Assembly: GCA_905478295.1 (NCBI GenBank) | Contig: CAJQHZ010000059.1 | Coordinates: 182-64,181 of the forward strand | Reading direction: 5' to 3' | Source of the DNA: an uncultured Flavobacteriales bacterium | GTDB taxonomy: Bacteria > Bacteroidota > Bacteroidia > Flavobacteriales > Schleiferiaceae | Length of the DNA: 64,000 nt | Part shown: positions 1 through 9,727 of the stretch, one piece after another | Layout of the letters: every line of letters begins with the position of its first letter | Position numbering within the stretch: position 1 is the first letter of the stretch | Position numbers and translations under genes: made by a program | The notes under the pieces: generated by a model | The model's input: only the letters and a program-made list of their open reading frames with translations | What the model was told of the DNA's origin: nothing | The model's database searches: none

Positions 1-951
1 GTGGTCACCAAGGTCCGAACAGTCGTAGCTCGAAGTATCAATATATAAGGTGTCAAAACCAATGTTGTCCGCGCTGCCGTTGTCCACCTGGAACACCGTA
101 ATATCCCCTAGACCCGAAGCATCCAATGGTAAAACAAGGTCCTTCGCCTTCACGTTTGGAGCCAATGGATCTATCACCCAGATGTCCGTCAAGGCAACGG
201 ACTCATTATTGTTGTCATCCCTTGCGGATACAGTGATGGTGTTCAGCCCTAAATTCGCCGCACTAAAGTCCAAATCCGAGAAGATGATTGTCTGTATGCC
301 ACAGTTGTCCCTTATGTAATCAATCACCGCAGAAGTATCCAAGCTGCCCTGGCCCGAAGCGTTCAGCGCCACCGTATCCGTAAACAACGCAATCCATGGA
401 GACAGAGAATCCTTGACATTAATAACAAAATTCTTGGAAGTCGTGTTACCGACCTGATCGGTACTGCTCACAGCACTCAAATAGGCACCTACATCCCCAC
501 TATTAAAAACTTGAGGGGTAAAGTTAAAGGTCACATTACAGTTGTCGTTAAAAGCCTGGTAGACTGCAGCAGTATCAAAAGATGCAGCACCTGCACTGTC
601 TAAATACAAGGTAATATCACTGGCTGTAACCCAAGGGTCTATATTGTCGATAACTGTGATATCAACCGTATCGTAAGCGACATTGCCCGAAACGTCAACA
701 GCTGTAAGTACTGCATTATTGGTTCCAAGATTACCACATTCGAAAAGAGTATCAGATAAGGCCAGGCTGTAGGTGCTGGAATTTGAGGAAGTAACATTCA
801 AATCACTTACACTCAACGATACTAACCCAGAACTATCTAAAGCAAGCGTTACTGCTTGAGCTGAAATACTGAAACTAGAAGATTGACTCCAACCTATCTG
901 AGAAAACAATAAAGCGAAAAAAATGTAGATTTTCTTCAAATTAAACAGCAT
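1..951 (-). CDS. Secreted repeat (Ig-like) surface protein, N-terminal part; gene continues beyond the window start
   Basis: Absent from the supplied ORF track because it has no stop inside the window. I checked every minus-strand triplet from ATG at 951..949 down to base 1: 317 codons, no stop. The product starts MLFNLKKIYIFFALLFSQIGWSQ (signal peptide). It continues with ~100-aa repeats of pattern C..LG.N.V.L...D.SGN......V.V.D...P, typical of Bacteroidota cell-surface Ig-like repeats. Confidence 0.7.
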   Translation of the reverse strand, partial: MLFNLKKIYIFFALLFSQIGWSQSSSFSISAQAVTLALDSSGLVSLSVSDLNVTSSNSSTYSLALSDTLFECGNLGTNNAVLTAVDVSGNVAYDTVDITVIDNIDPWVTASDITLYLDSAGAASFDTAAVYQAFNDNCNVTFNFTPQVFNSGDVGAYLSAVSSTDQVGNTTSKNFVINVKDSLSPWIALFTDTVALNASGQGSLDTSAVIDYIRDNCGIQTIIFSDLDFSAANLGLNTITVSARDDNNNESVALTDIWVIDPLAPNVKAKDLVLPLDASGLGDITVFQVDNGSADNIGFDTLYIDTSSYDCSDLGDH

Positions 952-1069
952 GCGCTCTTGGTTTTGTTGTTTTTCCAAGAGACCAAATTACGCCTCTTTA
1001 TAAACATTATGAGTAGAATTGTAGAATTTTTAAACAATATTTGCGCATCTCATTAAATAGAAAAACCTC

Positions 1070-4000
1070 TTGCGACTCAGAATTCTAGCTTGTTTACTTT
1101 TTCCTTTGGTCGCTTTTGGACAAGTTTCAATTGGTGATTCGCAAGGTTCGGCCTACGTTTCGGACTCCATAAATATTTGCGGGGATAGTAATGGAGAAAT
1201 ATTCTCAATCATAGGCGGCGTAGTGGATTACAGCAAATTTGTCTGGTCTAGCTCCTCAAGTGCAGTATTGCTGCAGTCTCCATACAACAATGATTCATCT
1301 AGGGTTTTTGCTAGTTGGAATCAGAGTAATGTCCCTTTTAGTTTTAACCTTATTCTTCAGGATACGGCGCAGAATTCTAGTGATACGCTGCATGTAAATA
1401 TCAATTCCCTGCCGAACGTTTCGCTAAATAATCATTGGAATTCGATAGTATCGTGTGCTTTTACCGATACCACCGTTTCTGGCGGTAGTCCCCCAGGAGG
1501 AATCTACTCCATTATTGGGTACCCCGGTGTTATTAGTAATGACACAGTTTTGAGCCTTGTGGGTCTGGGTACAGGAAACTATGAGCTTATGTACTCCTAC
1601 ACAGATAGTTTGGGTTGTTCTAGTTCAGATACCAACCAGCTCAGTATTGGCCTTTCCTTGTCAGGAGGTGGGGCGAATATTTTAATTTCTGAAGTGTATG
1701 GCGCGTCCTCGTCAATATTATTTCCAGTAAACTATGGAAATGGCATCACATATCCGGCCTGTAGTGGTCTGTCTTCGACTACATTCGGAATAAGTTTTAC
1801 CAATAATTCAGCCGCTTTAGCTGGGAATATTTTACAGATCGACTGGGGGGATGGCTTGGCAGATACTACTGTCGTAGCTGTAGGGTACAGCTATAATCAT
1901 TTTTATGCTAATTCAGGCTCTTATCCAGTAACGGTCACCATCTCCGATACATTAGGATGTAGTTTCACAACGTCTTTCAACTTATATTTTGGATCAACAC
2001 AGATTCTAGGCCTTTCCACTCCGGGTAACACTTCGTTGTGTTTTGCTCCTTATGAGGACAGTGTATTCTTTGACTTTCAAGTGCTCAACTGGGAAGGGGA
2101 CGCGACCGGAACGCAGTACAGATTTAGTTGTAACGATAGTTCTTTGACAAAGGAGGTCTCAGCACCTCTAGTTGTGAACGGCATAGCGGTAAAACCTTGG
2201 CTAATTTTCGATGCTTCCGATAGTACATTATCCTACCGCCATTGGTTTCAAAACAGTTCGTGTGGCTTCAATACGATCTTAGGAGGTCAGTCCTATGATA
2301 ACGTTTTTGCAATTACAGCTACTAAACAATCTCCTTGTGTAGGTTCTCAAAGTACTGCTGCCGTAGGACCTATAGTCGTCTCTCAATCGCCCGAAACAGG
2401 TTTGTATGGTGACACTATTGCGTGTGTTGATCAATATATCACCGTACACGATTCTATTCAAGACGGAAATACGATTGTTCCTACCTCCGACGGAAATTTC
2501 ATTTGTGACACTTCATTCAGCAGAGTATGGTTAGTTTATGATGAATTCGGCAATCCATTAGCACCGGGTACTACGACATACACCGTTGGCTCAGGATCCT
2601 CTATGGGTGATACAAATATTTCTCTGAGCTTACCGGGGTTATGGACAAGCGGGAGTTATTCTTTGTCGCTCGCTTTTCATCAAAGAGGTCTATTTAGAAT
2701 CAAAAAATTACACGGTCTAACCGCAAACGGATCGCAATCCTGTGTTCCGGATACAGCCAGCATATGGGTGTGTGTGGATACACTTTCAGGAATGCGTGTG
2801 CTGCAATACATTCCGGATAGCATATGTGTGGACAATGAATACGAAATCATCTTTCAGCATGAAAGTTCGCTATGTTATGATTCATTGACCTACCAAATAA
2901 GTATAACTACCCCAAGTGGTACAGTCGTGGATACCTCATTGCTAGATTCGAGGGTCTCTAAGTTTGTTACCCTAGGCAGCACGGGGCAGTACATCATAGA
3001 ATACACAAGCCCCAATCCTTGTGGAGAAAATAGTATAATCGATACCTTTTATGTGTTTGACGAGCCCAATTACCTATTTAATGCGGATAGCGAAATATGC
3101 TCAGATACCTTAGTATTGACAGTAGGTCAAGGGACCTTAGATTTTGGATCGGTTGATCTCTACCGACCAATAGACAGCACTTTCTATACAATAACACCCT
3201 CTACCGGCTGGAGACATTTGGGAATAGACACCGTTACTGGCTTTGATATTTTCGCTTTCGACAGTACGGGCTTATTTGAAGTCTACTATGAATTTCATAA
3301 TTCGTGTGGCTACAATGTAGATACCATAAGTATTACAAACTATGATTTACCTAATTCTGACTTTAGTCTTATTAAAAACCCGGATTGTGGTGTGCTCCAC
3401 TACTCCGCCGGGGCATTAGATTCTTTGTCAAATAATTCTCATTATTGGTCGTTGTATGCAGATTCTGGTGCCACGCTTGTTTGGACAGACAGTCTTTTTA
3501 GCCAGTTTGAGGACTCCATAGCATCCACTCAAATTTATGGTTATGCATGGTACAAACTTCAACACATTGCCGTCACCCCTTTCGGGTGTCGAGATACCAC
3601 GCAGAAATACATGTTTGTAGTGCCTACTCCACAAGTAGATTTTACCATAAACGCCAGCGATTGTGATACATGGATACCAACCATTGTAAATGCTAGTCAA
3701 GGTGATAGTCTTTCCTTTACTTGGAGCGTCCTAGCAATTAATAGCAATAGTTCGCTCGACTCTACTTCAGGACTACAAGATTCGATTCCTTACTTAGTCT
3801 TTAACCCTATCTCGTACCCAGATAATGATGAGTCCTATGAAATTAAATTAGTTGGGCTAGGACCGGACGGCTGTGAGTACATAAAAAAAGATACTGTTGT
3901 CATTCGTTCGCAGCCACTTGCGGATATGGGTATACCCGATACTATATGTGCAGGTGAATGGTGGCCTTTATATGATTCAAGCGATAGCCATCATGCAATT

Positions 4001-7000
4001 GTTTCGTACAGCTGGAGTACTTCTGACTCATCAACCATTTTTGATAATAGCAACAGTCAAAACACTAATGTATACGTCCAACGAACAGACTCTTTAATTA
4101 AAGCGGTTGCGATTCAGCTCGTTATTACGAATGAATTTTCCTGTACCGACACCTCGATAAGTATACTTTACATTTTACCATCACCGGTTATCAATATTAC
4201 TATTGATGATTTTGGCTGTGATAGTGTAAGTTTAAGCGATGTTGCTAGCAATCTTACTGACCCAGTGAATTTTGGTGATTCCGTAATATTCACATGGGCT
4301 ATTACTAACGGCCTTACCGCGATTACCGATACATTTAATGACTTCTTGCCGAACTATCTCTTTACGAATGATACCAATACAGCCATTCCCTATTTTATTT
4401 GGCTCGAAGGTATTAATACCCCGGGTTGTTATGATATCGCAATGGACACCATTCTCATACACCCAGATGTAGAGCTTAGCCTAAACACCGCCTCTGGTCT
4501 ATGTAGTCCAGTGAATATCGATACTGCACTTTTACAAATAACTGTCAATCAAAGTGCTTCTTCCCATTGGACTTGGATTACCGATACCTCTGGAGATACA
4601 TTGTACTCAGGAAGTACTCTTAACTATCAGCTTGCCAATGCTGGTGATACCGTTTTTGTAACCTATGAAGTGTATAGCGACTGGGGGTGTTCTCCGGATA
4701 GAGAAACGGTTATGATCTTCAGCGTGGACGATGGAAATCCTATTTCCTATCCAACGGCTATTTTCAATAACGCTCAAAATTGTTATCCCGATACAGTTTG
4801 TTTGGGGGATGCTGTAACCTTCTATTCCACTTCCATTGAACCCACCAATGGGGCCGGAATCAACCAGATAAATTGGGATTTAGGTGCAAACAGCGTGATT
4901 GACCAAACAGGGGACACTGCAATCTTTACTTTTAACCAAATCGGCTGGATCAGCATTTGGATGCAGGCTCAAACCATTTCTGGTTGTGACGATGATACCG
5001 TGAGGGATATTTATGTTATGCCCGTCCCAACGGTATCTGTTGATTTTGACGATGATAGCCTTTGTGCTCCAATTTCCCCAACCTTTACGCATAGCGACGC
5101 AGGCTTTTACGACAGTGTACGGTTTGAATTATACCTTCTAACGGACTCAGGAACCACCAATTTAATACAGACATGGTCAAATGTTCCATCATTACCAGTT
5201 CTTCAGCCAACCTATACCGCACATACTCGATACATCTTAAAGAAAATACTCTTAAGCTGCTGTCAAGATATTTCAGATGCAGATACCATTCTAATCAAAA
5301 CGCCACCGGTAGCTGATTTCTACCCTTTGCCAAATTCAGGCTGTACTGATTTAGATGTTTTTCTGATTCTCGACGGGCAAATTTCTGGTGAAGCAGATAG
5401 TGCCTTCATTGATTGGGGCGATGGCTTTTCAAATCCTTGGGTTAGACAGTTAGTTCCTGGACCTAATGGTTTCGAATACTCCTGGCAGCAGCCCAGTCAT
5501 AATTTTGTTTATGGAGGTGCAGGAGACACAACTTATACCATTTCGTTAACTGTATTTAATGAGTGTGGAGATAGCACTATAACTAAGGACGTGATACTCA
5601 CGAGCGGGTCGATCTCGGCGGCTTTTACGGCCTCAGACGTAACTGGTTGTGAGCCTTTAACAGTTGATTTCACTAGCCTTGCTTACAATTATGACATCCT
5701 AGGTTGGTGTTTTGACTATGATCCAGTCACCAAAACTTGTGATACTGCTATAAGTGTTGCTCCTAATCCTCAATACACCTACGATACGAACGGTACGTAT
5801 TATGTGGCTCATTTTGCTAGTAATGTTTGTGGCATAGATACTGTTATTCAAACCATAGATGTCTACCCTAATGTTGTAGCTGATTTCTCAAGTTCCAATT
5901 TTTTATGTGGCAATGACACTGTGCTTTTTAATAACACAAGTTATTCGAACAACGGAGTAATAAGCGGGTACAAATGGCTGTTTGGCGATGGCGATTCTTC
6001 ATTTGCTATAAATCCGCAACACGTTTATGATACAGGAGCAGTCTATACTGTAACTCTTTATACTTATTCTAGCAACGGTTGTTTGTCGACAAAAACTAAA
6101 GATATAACCATATACGCTACACCAGATATCAGTATTTCTGGTACACCAGCATGCTTGGGTGATACTTCTGATTTTAGTAGCATTATCAACATCACTGGCG
6201 GTGGAAGTATTGCCGGGATTTTATGGGATTTTGGAGATGGCAATAGTGCTGTAAGTCAAAACCCCTCTCACTTGTATCAATACGACAGTACGTTCACGGT
6301 AAGTCTATTAGTTACAAGTGCAAATGGCTGTACAGATTATGCGGCAACGAATATTTTGGTTAACCCTAGCCCAGCATCATCATTTACACCCCTCATGATT
6401 CAAGGGGATAGCTGTAATGTCCCACAAACGTATTCTTTCGTAAATACTACTCAAAACGGAGCTTCCTATGAGTGGGACTTTGATGCGGCAACTTTCCCAG
6501 GCATTTTTACGTCAACCCTCAATTCGCCGACCTATACCTACAATTCGGCAAGGAGCTATACCATTAAATTGAAAAGTGAAACTGCCTTTGGCTGCATTGA
6601 TTCAACTTCGAGACAAATTCAAATAAATAGTTCACTGGGGCTTCCTCCTACAATAAGTCAAAACGGTTGCGTCCCATTGTCTTTAGGGTATACAGATACC
6701 AGCGCTATTTCCAATGGGTTAGATAGCATAATCAAAGTAGAATGGTCAATGGGTGATGGTACTGTAATCACGAATTATGCTCCGCCTTTTGGATACAATC
6801 ATGTATACAATTTGCCAGGAACTTATTCAGTTTACGCTACCGTTACTACAGCTTTAGGGTGTATCACACAGACTGCTCCTGCACTCATATACGTTACTCA
6901 GGACCCTACGGCGCAATTCTCCAATGATACGAATGGAGTGAATGGAATGTCTTTCGAAAATCTATCTATTCCACTTGATTCGACGTATTCCTATTATTGG

Positions 7001-7489
7001 ACATTTAGTGATGGACAAGAGAGTTTCGATATTAGTCCAACGATGATTTTTAATCCATCTGCAACGGCTATTGACAGTCTTGAAATTTGTCTCTATGTAT
7101 CTACGCCTGATAATTGTACAGATTCTATATGTAAACGGATTTGGGTATGGAAATCTTCACTTTTTGTTCCAAATGCATTAGCACCAGAACAATATTTTTC
7201 GAATGACGATCAATATTTTTTACCCAAAGGGTTCGGTCTAGCCTCTTATGATCTTTGGATTTATGACAAGTGGGGAAATGAAGTTTTCTACTCCAACGAA
7301 ATCGCCGCACCGTTTTTTGGACCAGCCGTAGGTTGGGATGGTAATGATCAAAGAACAGGGGAGCCTGCACCAATGGGAGTTTACGCATGGAAAATTCGAG
7401 CTACCTTTAGGGACGGTTTTATTTGGACCGGTCAAGAAAATGTGCATGGGATTAAAAGAACTTACGGAACATTAACACTAATTCGATGA
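1070..7489 (+). CDS. Giant cell-surface adhesin: tandem PKD/Ig-like modules plus T9SS type B (gliding-motility-associated) C-terminal sorting domain
   Basis: 2139-aa ORF with TTG start and signal peptide MRLRILACLLFPLVAFGQ. It holds about 20 tandem 85-100 aa modules, each bracketed by Cys...GC. Clear PKD signatures (W.FGDG..S...NP.H.Y...G.Y.V.L) occur at aa ~1560-1990. The C-terminus (...IYDKWGNEVF...WDGNDQRTGEPAPMGVYAWKI...YGTLTLIR) resembles the type B CTD. Confidence 0.85.
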   Translation: MRLRILACLLFPLVAFGQVSIGDSQGSAYVSDSINICGDSNGEIFSIIGGVVDYSKFVWSSSSSAVLLQSPYNNDSSRVFASWNQSNVPFSFNLILQDTAQNSSDTLHVNINSLPNVSLNNHWNSIVSCAFTDTTVSGGSPPGGIYSIIGYPGVISNDTVLSLVGLGTGNYELMYSYTDSLGCSSSDTNQLSIGLSLSGGGANILISEVYGASSSILFPVNYGNGITYPACSGLSSTTFGISFTNNSAALAGNILQIDWGDGLADTTVVAVGYSYNHFYANSGSYPVTVTISDTLGCSFTTSFNLYFGSTQILGLSTPGNTSLCFAPYEDSVFFDFQVLNWEGDATGTQYRFSCNDSSLTKEVSAPLVVNGIAVKPWLIFDASDSTLSYRHWFQNSSCGFNTILGGQSYDNVFAITATKQSPCVGSQSTAAVGPIVVSQSPETGLYGDTIACVDQYITVHDSIQDGNTIVPTSDGNFICDTSFSRVWLVYDEFGNPLAPGTTTYTVGSGSSMGDTNISLSLPGLWTSGSYSLSLAFHQRGLFRIKKLHGLTANGSQSCVPDTASIWVCVDTLSGMRVLQYIPDSICVDNEYEIIFQHESSLCYDSLTYQISITTPSGTVVDTSLLDSRVSKFVTLGSTGQYIIEYTSPNPCGENSIIDTFYVFDEPNYLFNADSEICSDTLVLTVGQGTLDFGSVDLYRPIDSTFYTITPSTGWRHLGIDTVTGFDIFAFDSTGLFEVYYEFHNSCGYNVDTISITNYDLPNSDFSLIKNPDCGVLHYSAGALDSLSNNSHYWSLYADSGATLVWTDSLFSQFEDSIASTQIYGYAWYKLQHIAVTPFGCRDTTQKYMFVVPTPQVDFTINASDCDTWIPTIVNASQGDSLSFTWSVLAINSNSSLDSTSGLQDSIPYLVFNPISYPDNDESYEIKLVGLGPDGCEYIKKDTVVIRSQPLADMGIPDTICAGEWWPLYDSSDSHHAIVSYSWSTSDSSTIFDNSNSQNTNVYVQRTDSLIKAVAIQLVITNEFSCTDTSISILYILPSPVINITIDDFGCDSVSLSDVASNLTDPVNFGDSVIFTWAITNGLTAITDTFNDFLPNYLFTNDTNTAIPYFIWLEGINTPGCYDIAMDTILIHPDVELSLNTASGLCSPVNIDTALLQITVNQSASSHWTWITDTSGDTLYSGSTLNYQLANAGDTVFVTYEVYSDWGCSPDRETVMIFSVDDGNPISYPTAIFNNAQNCYPDTVCLGDAVTFYSTSIEPTNGAGINQINWDLGANSVIDQTGDTAIFTFNQIGWISIWMQAQTISGCDDDTVRDIYVMPVPTVSVDFDDDSLCAPISPTFTHSDAGFYDSVRFELYLLTDSGTTNLIQTWSNVPSLPVLQPTYTAHTRYILKKILLSCCQDISDADTILIKTPPVADFYPLPNSGCTDLDVFLILDGQISGEADSAFIDWGDGFSNPWVRQLVPGPNGFEYSWQQPSHNFVYGGAGDTTYTISLTVFNECGDSTITKDVILTSGSISAAFTASDVTGCEPLTVDFTSLAYNYDILGWCFDYDPVTKTCDTAISVAPNPQYTYDTNGTYYVAHFASNVCGIDTVIQTIDVYPNVVADFSSSNFLCGNDTVLFNNTSYSNNGVISGYKWLFGDGDSSFAINPQHVYDTGAVYTVTLYTYSSNGCLSTKTKDITIYATPDISISGTPACLGDTSDFSSIINITGGGSIAGILWDFGDGNSAVSQNPSHLYQYDSTFTVSLLVTSANGCTDYAATNILVNPSPASSFTPLMIQGDSCNVPQTYSFVNTTQNGASYEWDFDAATFPGIFTSTLNSPTYTYNSARSYTIKLKSETAFGCIDSTSRQIQINSSLGLPPTISQNGCVPLSLGYTDTSAISNGLDSIIKVEWSMGDGTVITNYAPPFGYNHVYNLPGTYSVYATVTTALGCITQTAPALIYVTQDPTAQFSNDTNGVNGMSFENLSIPLDSTYSYYWTFSDGQESFDISPTMIFNPSATAIDSLEICLYVSTPDNCTDSICKRIWVWKSSLFVPNALAPEQYFSNDDQYFLPKGFGLASYDLWIYDKWGNEVFYSNEIAAPFFGPAVGWDGNDQRTGEPAPMGVYAWKIRATFRDGFIWTGQENVHGIKRTYGTLTLIR

Positions 7490-8658
7490 TGCTACGCAAA
7501 TTCATTGTCTTCATAGCTTTCTTCGGATATGTTGGTGTTAAAGGTCAAGACATAACAACAGGGCTGTTTGAAACCAATCCACTTTCGTTTAACCCTGCGT
7601 ATGCAATACCTGGTTACAACGAATGGGTATTCATGGCTAATTCTCGTCAGCAATGGTGGAATTTACCTGGACCCACCCCATTCGCCCCAGCCTACAATGT
7701 TAATCGTGCTAGCTTAATAGCTCCTTTTATAAGCAGACAAGAAAAAGGGCTAGGAACAGGATTGAACTGGGTTAACGTATCAAGTGGTGAAGGCAGTTAT
7801 GAACTTAATGAATTTACCATATCTAATGCGGCTAGATTCAGCGGAAAACTTCGTAAATCCCGATATAGTGGAGCTGCGGGAGTTGGAATAGGAATACGGC
7901 AATTATCGCTTGACTGGTCTAAGCTCACTTTTTCGTCTCAGCTAGATCCATTTAATGGTATAATATTCAGTACACCGACTGTGAATCCTAACTTCCCAAA
8001 CAGCTCAATAAGTGTTAATGCAAATGCGGGAATACGCTTTGCCTATTCGTTTCAAACCCGAAATAGGAGTGTAATGGGTCTAAAAGCAGGGTTGGCAGGT
8101 TTTCAACTTAATGCACCTGCAATTTCTTTTTTTAATGAAACCAGTAGACTTGACCCAAGATATGTCGGGCATCTATCTATGGTATATATGCCAAAGAAGA
8201 AAAGAGGACTTTTTTCTAAATCATTCGCCAATTATTTTCATTTAGGGTACGTTGCACAATTTCAAGGTCCGCTAACCACACATGAGACGAGACTTGGCAC
8301 AAGTGTAAATGGTATCCTGAACTTTTATGGTGGAATTCGGAGAAGAAATTTTCTGCCTACAGCAACTAAAATAGACGCTACCTATTGGTCCGCTCAAATA
8401 AATTTAAGCCAATTCATTCTCTCTATGGGATATGAGTTTACCATTAGTGAATTAAATCAAACCCGGACAAGAGGAACAACCGAACTGGGTTTAATCTTAC
8501 CATTGAATAAACTCACTGATTTATTCGCAAAGCAAAAAAGCGAACCTTGCTATGCGGACTACATCCTAACTCATAGCGACTTTAGATCTGTGGAGCAGTT
8601 CAATAGCAAAACCTCCTTCTGGGGTAAAGAATTTACACCAGTATCTTTCGTTTTCTAA
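7486..8658 (+). CDS. PorP/SprF-family type IX secretion outer-membrane protein (cargo-associated paralog)
   Basis: 390 aa with a signal peptide. The N-terminal ...NPLSFNPAYA...ANSRQQWWNLPGP... matches the PorP/SprF signature. Its ATG overlaps the stop of the upstream adhesin gene (ATGA). Confidence 0.8.
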   Translation: MMLRKFIVFIAFFGYVGVKGQDITTGLFETNPLSFNPAYAIPGYNEWVFMANSRQQWWNLPGPTPFAPAYNVNRASLIAPFISRQEKGLGTGLNWVNVSSGEGSYELNEFTISNAARFSGKLRKSRYSGAAGVGIGIRQLSLDWSKLTFSSQLDPFNGIIFSTPTVNPNFPNSSISVNANAGIRFAYSFQTRNRSVMGLKAGLAGFQLNAPAISFFNETSRLDPRYVGHLSMVYMPKKKRGLFSKSFANYFHLGYVAQFQGPLTTHETRLGTSVNGILNFYGGIRRRNFLPTATKIDATYWSAQINLSQFILSMGYEFTISELNQTRTRGTTELGLILPLNKLTDLFAKQKSEPCYADYILTHSDFRSVEQFNSKTSFWGKEFTPVSFVF

Positions 8659-8674
8659 AACAAAGAATTTTAAT

Positions 8675-8700
8675 CCCACCTAGATTTAGGTGTGTTTTTC
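8675..8700 (+). terminator. Weak candidate intrinsic terminator after the PorP/SprF-like gene
   Basis: Stem CACCTA(8677-8682)/TAGGTG(8687-8692) with a 4-nt loop, followed by TGTTTTTC. The stem is short, so confidence is low. Confidence 0.3.
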
Positions 8701-8712
8701 TGTTCTTTTACT

Positions 8713-8720
8713 TACATTTG
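8713..8720 (+). promoter_or_regulatory. Bacteroidota -7 promoter box (TAnnTTTG) upstream of prs
   Basis: Exact TACATTTG, 53 nt upstream of the prs ATG and just downstream of the preceding hairpin. Confidence 0.35.
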
Positions 8721-8773
8721 CACCCCTCTTCGAGGAGCTTAAACCGCTAGAATAACACTGATACACAGCACAG

Positions 8774-9706
8774 ATGGTACCTGAAGCTAAAATTTTTGCC
8801 GGTAGACACACGATGCACCTTGCAGCTCAAATTGCAAAGCAGTATGGTGTACCTATGGGCAATGTGAAGATCACAGAGTTTAGCGACGGTGAAATTTGTC
8901 CTTCTTTTGAAGAGACTGTGCGAGGAACACGTGTTTTTTTAATTCAAAGCACCAACCCGCCTGCAGACAACTTGATGGAGTTATTGTTATTGTGTGACGC
9001 TGCAAAACGTGCCTCTGCAAAACACATTACAGCTGTAATTCCTTACTTTGGTTTAGCACGTCAAGACCGCAAGGATAAACCAAGAGTCCCGATAGGCGCG
9101 AAACTAGCAGCTAAGATGTTGATGGCAGCAGGTGCCACGCGCATCATGACCATGGATTTGCACGCTGATCAGATTCAGGGATTCTTTGAAGTACCTGTCG
9201 ATCATTTGTTTAGCTCGGCGTTGTTTATTCAAGATATTGATCGAAAAGAGCTTAGTGATTTGTGCATCGCTTCTCCTGATATGGGAGGTGCAAAACGAGC
9301 ACATGCCTATGGTCGTAAGCTAGAAGCGGAGGTAGTAATTTGCTACAAACAACGCAAAAAAGCCAATGTCATTGATAAGATGACCGTTATCGGAGAGGTT
9401 GAAGGTAAAAATGTCATTCTCGTTGATGACATGGTCGATACCGGCGGTACGCTATGTAAAGCAGCAGAAATGCTAAAAGAAAAGGGCGCAAAGACCGTTC
9501 GTGCGTATTGCACACATGGCGTGTTAAGCGGTCCAGCACAAGAGCGCATTGCTCAGAGTGCTTTGGAGGAATTAGTCATAACTGATACCATTCCTCAAAT
9601 TAGTAAGAACCCAAAGATCCGTGTGATCTCCGTTGCTGAAATGTTTGCTCAGGTGATGAAAAATGTTCACCACCATGAGAGTATTTCAGGACACTTTATA
9701 ATGTAA
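8774..9706 (+). CDS. prs: Ribose-phosphate pyrophosphokinase
   Basis: 310 aa. Carries the motifs ...YFGLARQDRK..., DLHADQIQGFF and the PRPP-binding loop VDDMVDTGGT. Confidence 0.95.
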   Translation: MVPEAKIFAGRHTMHLAAQIAKQYGVPMGNVKITEFSDGEICPSFEETVRGTRVFLIQSTNPPADNLMELLLLCDAAKRASAKHITAVIPYFGLARQDRKDKPRVPIGAKLAAKMLMAAGATRIMTMDLHADQIQGFFEVPVDHLFSSALFIQDIDRKELSDLCIASPDMGGAKRAHAYGRKLEAEVVICYKQRKKANVIDKMTVIGEVEGKNVILVDDMVDTGGTLCKAAEMLKEKGAKTVRAYCTHGVLSGPAQERIAQSALEELVITDTIPQISKNPKIRVISVAEMFAQVMKNVHHHESISGHFIM

Positions 9707-9727
9707 TACCCGAATAAACTAGATCAG

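Noticed and set aside
50-319. 89-aa plus-strand ORF at the left edge of the window
   Set aside because: It lies entirely antisense to the 317-codon open frame of the repeat-adhesin gene (1..951, minus). It has no recognisable features and is most likely a shadow ORF.
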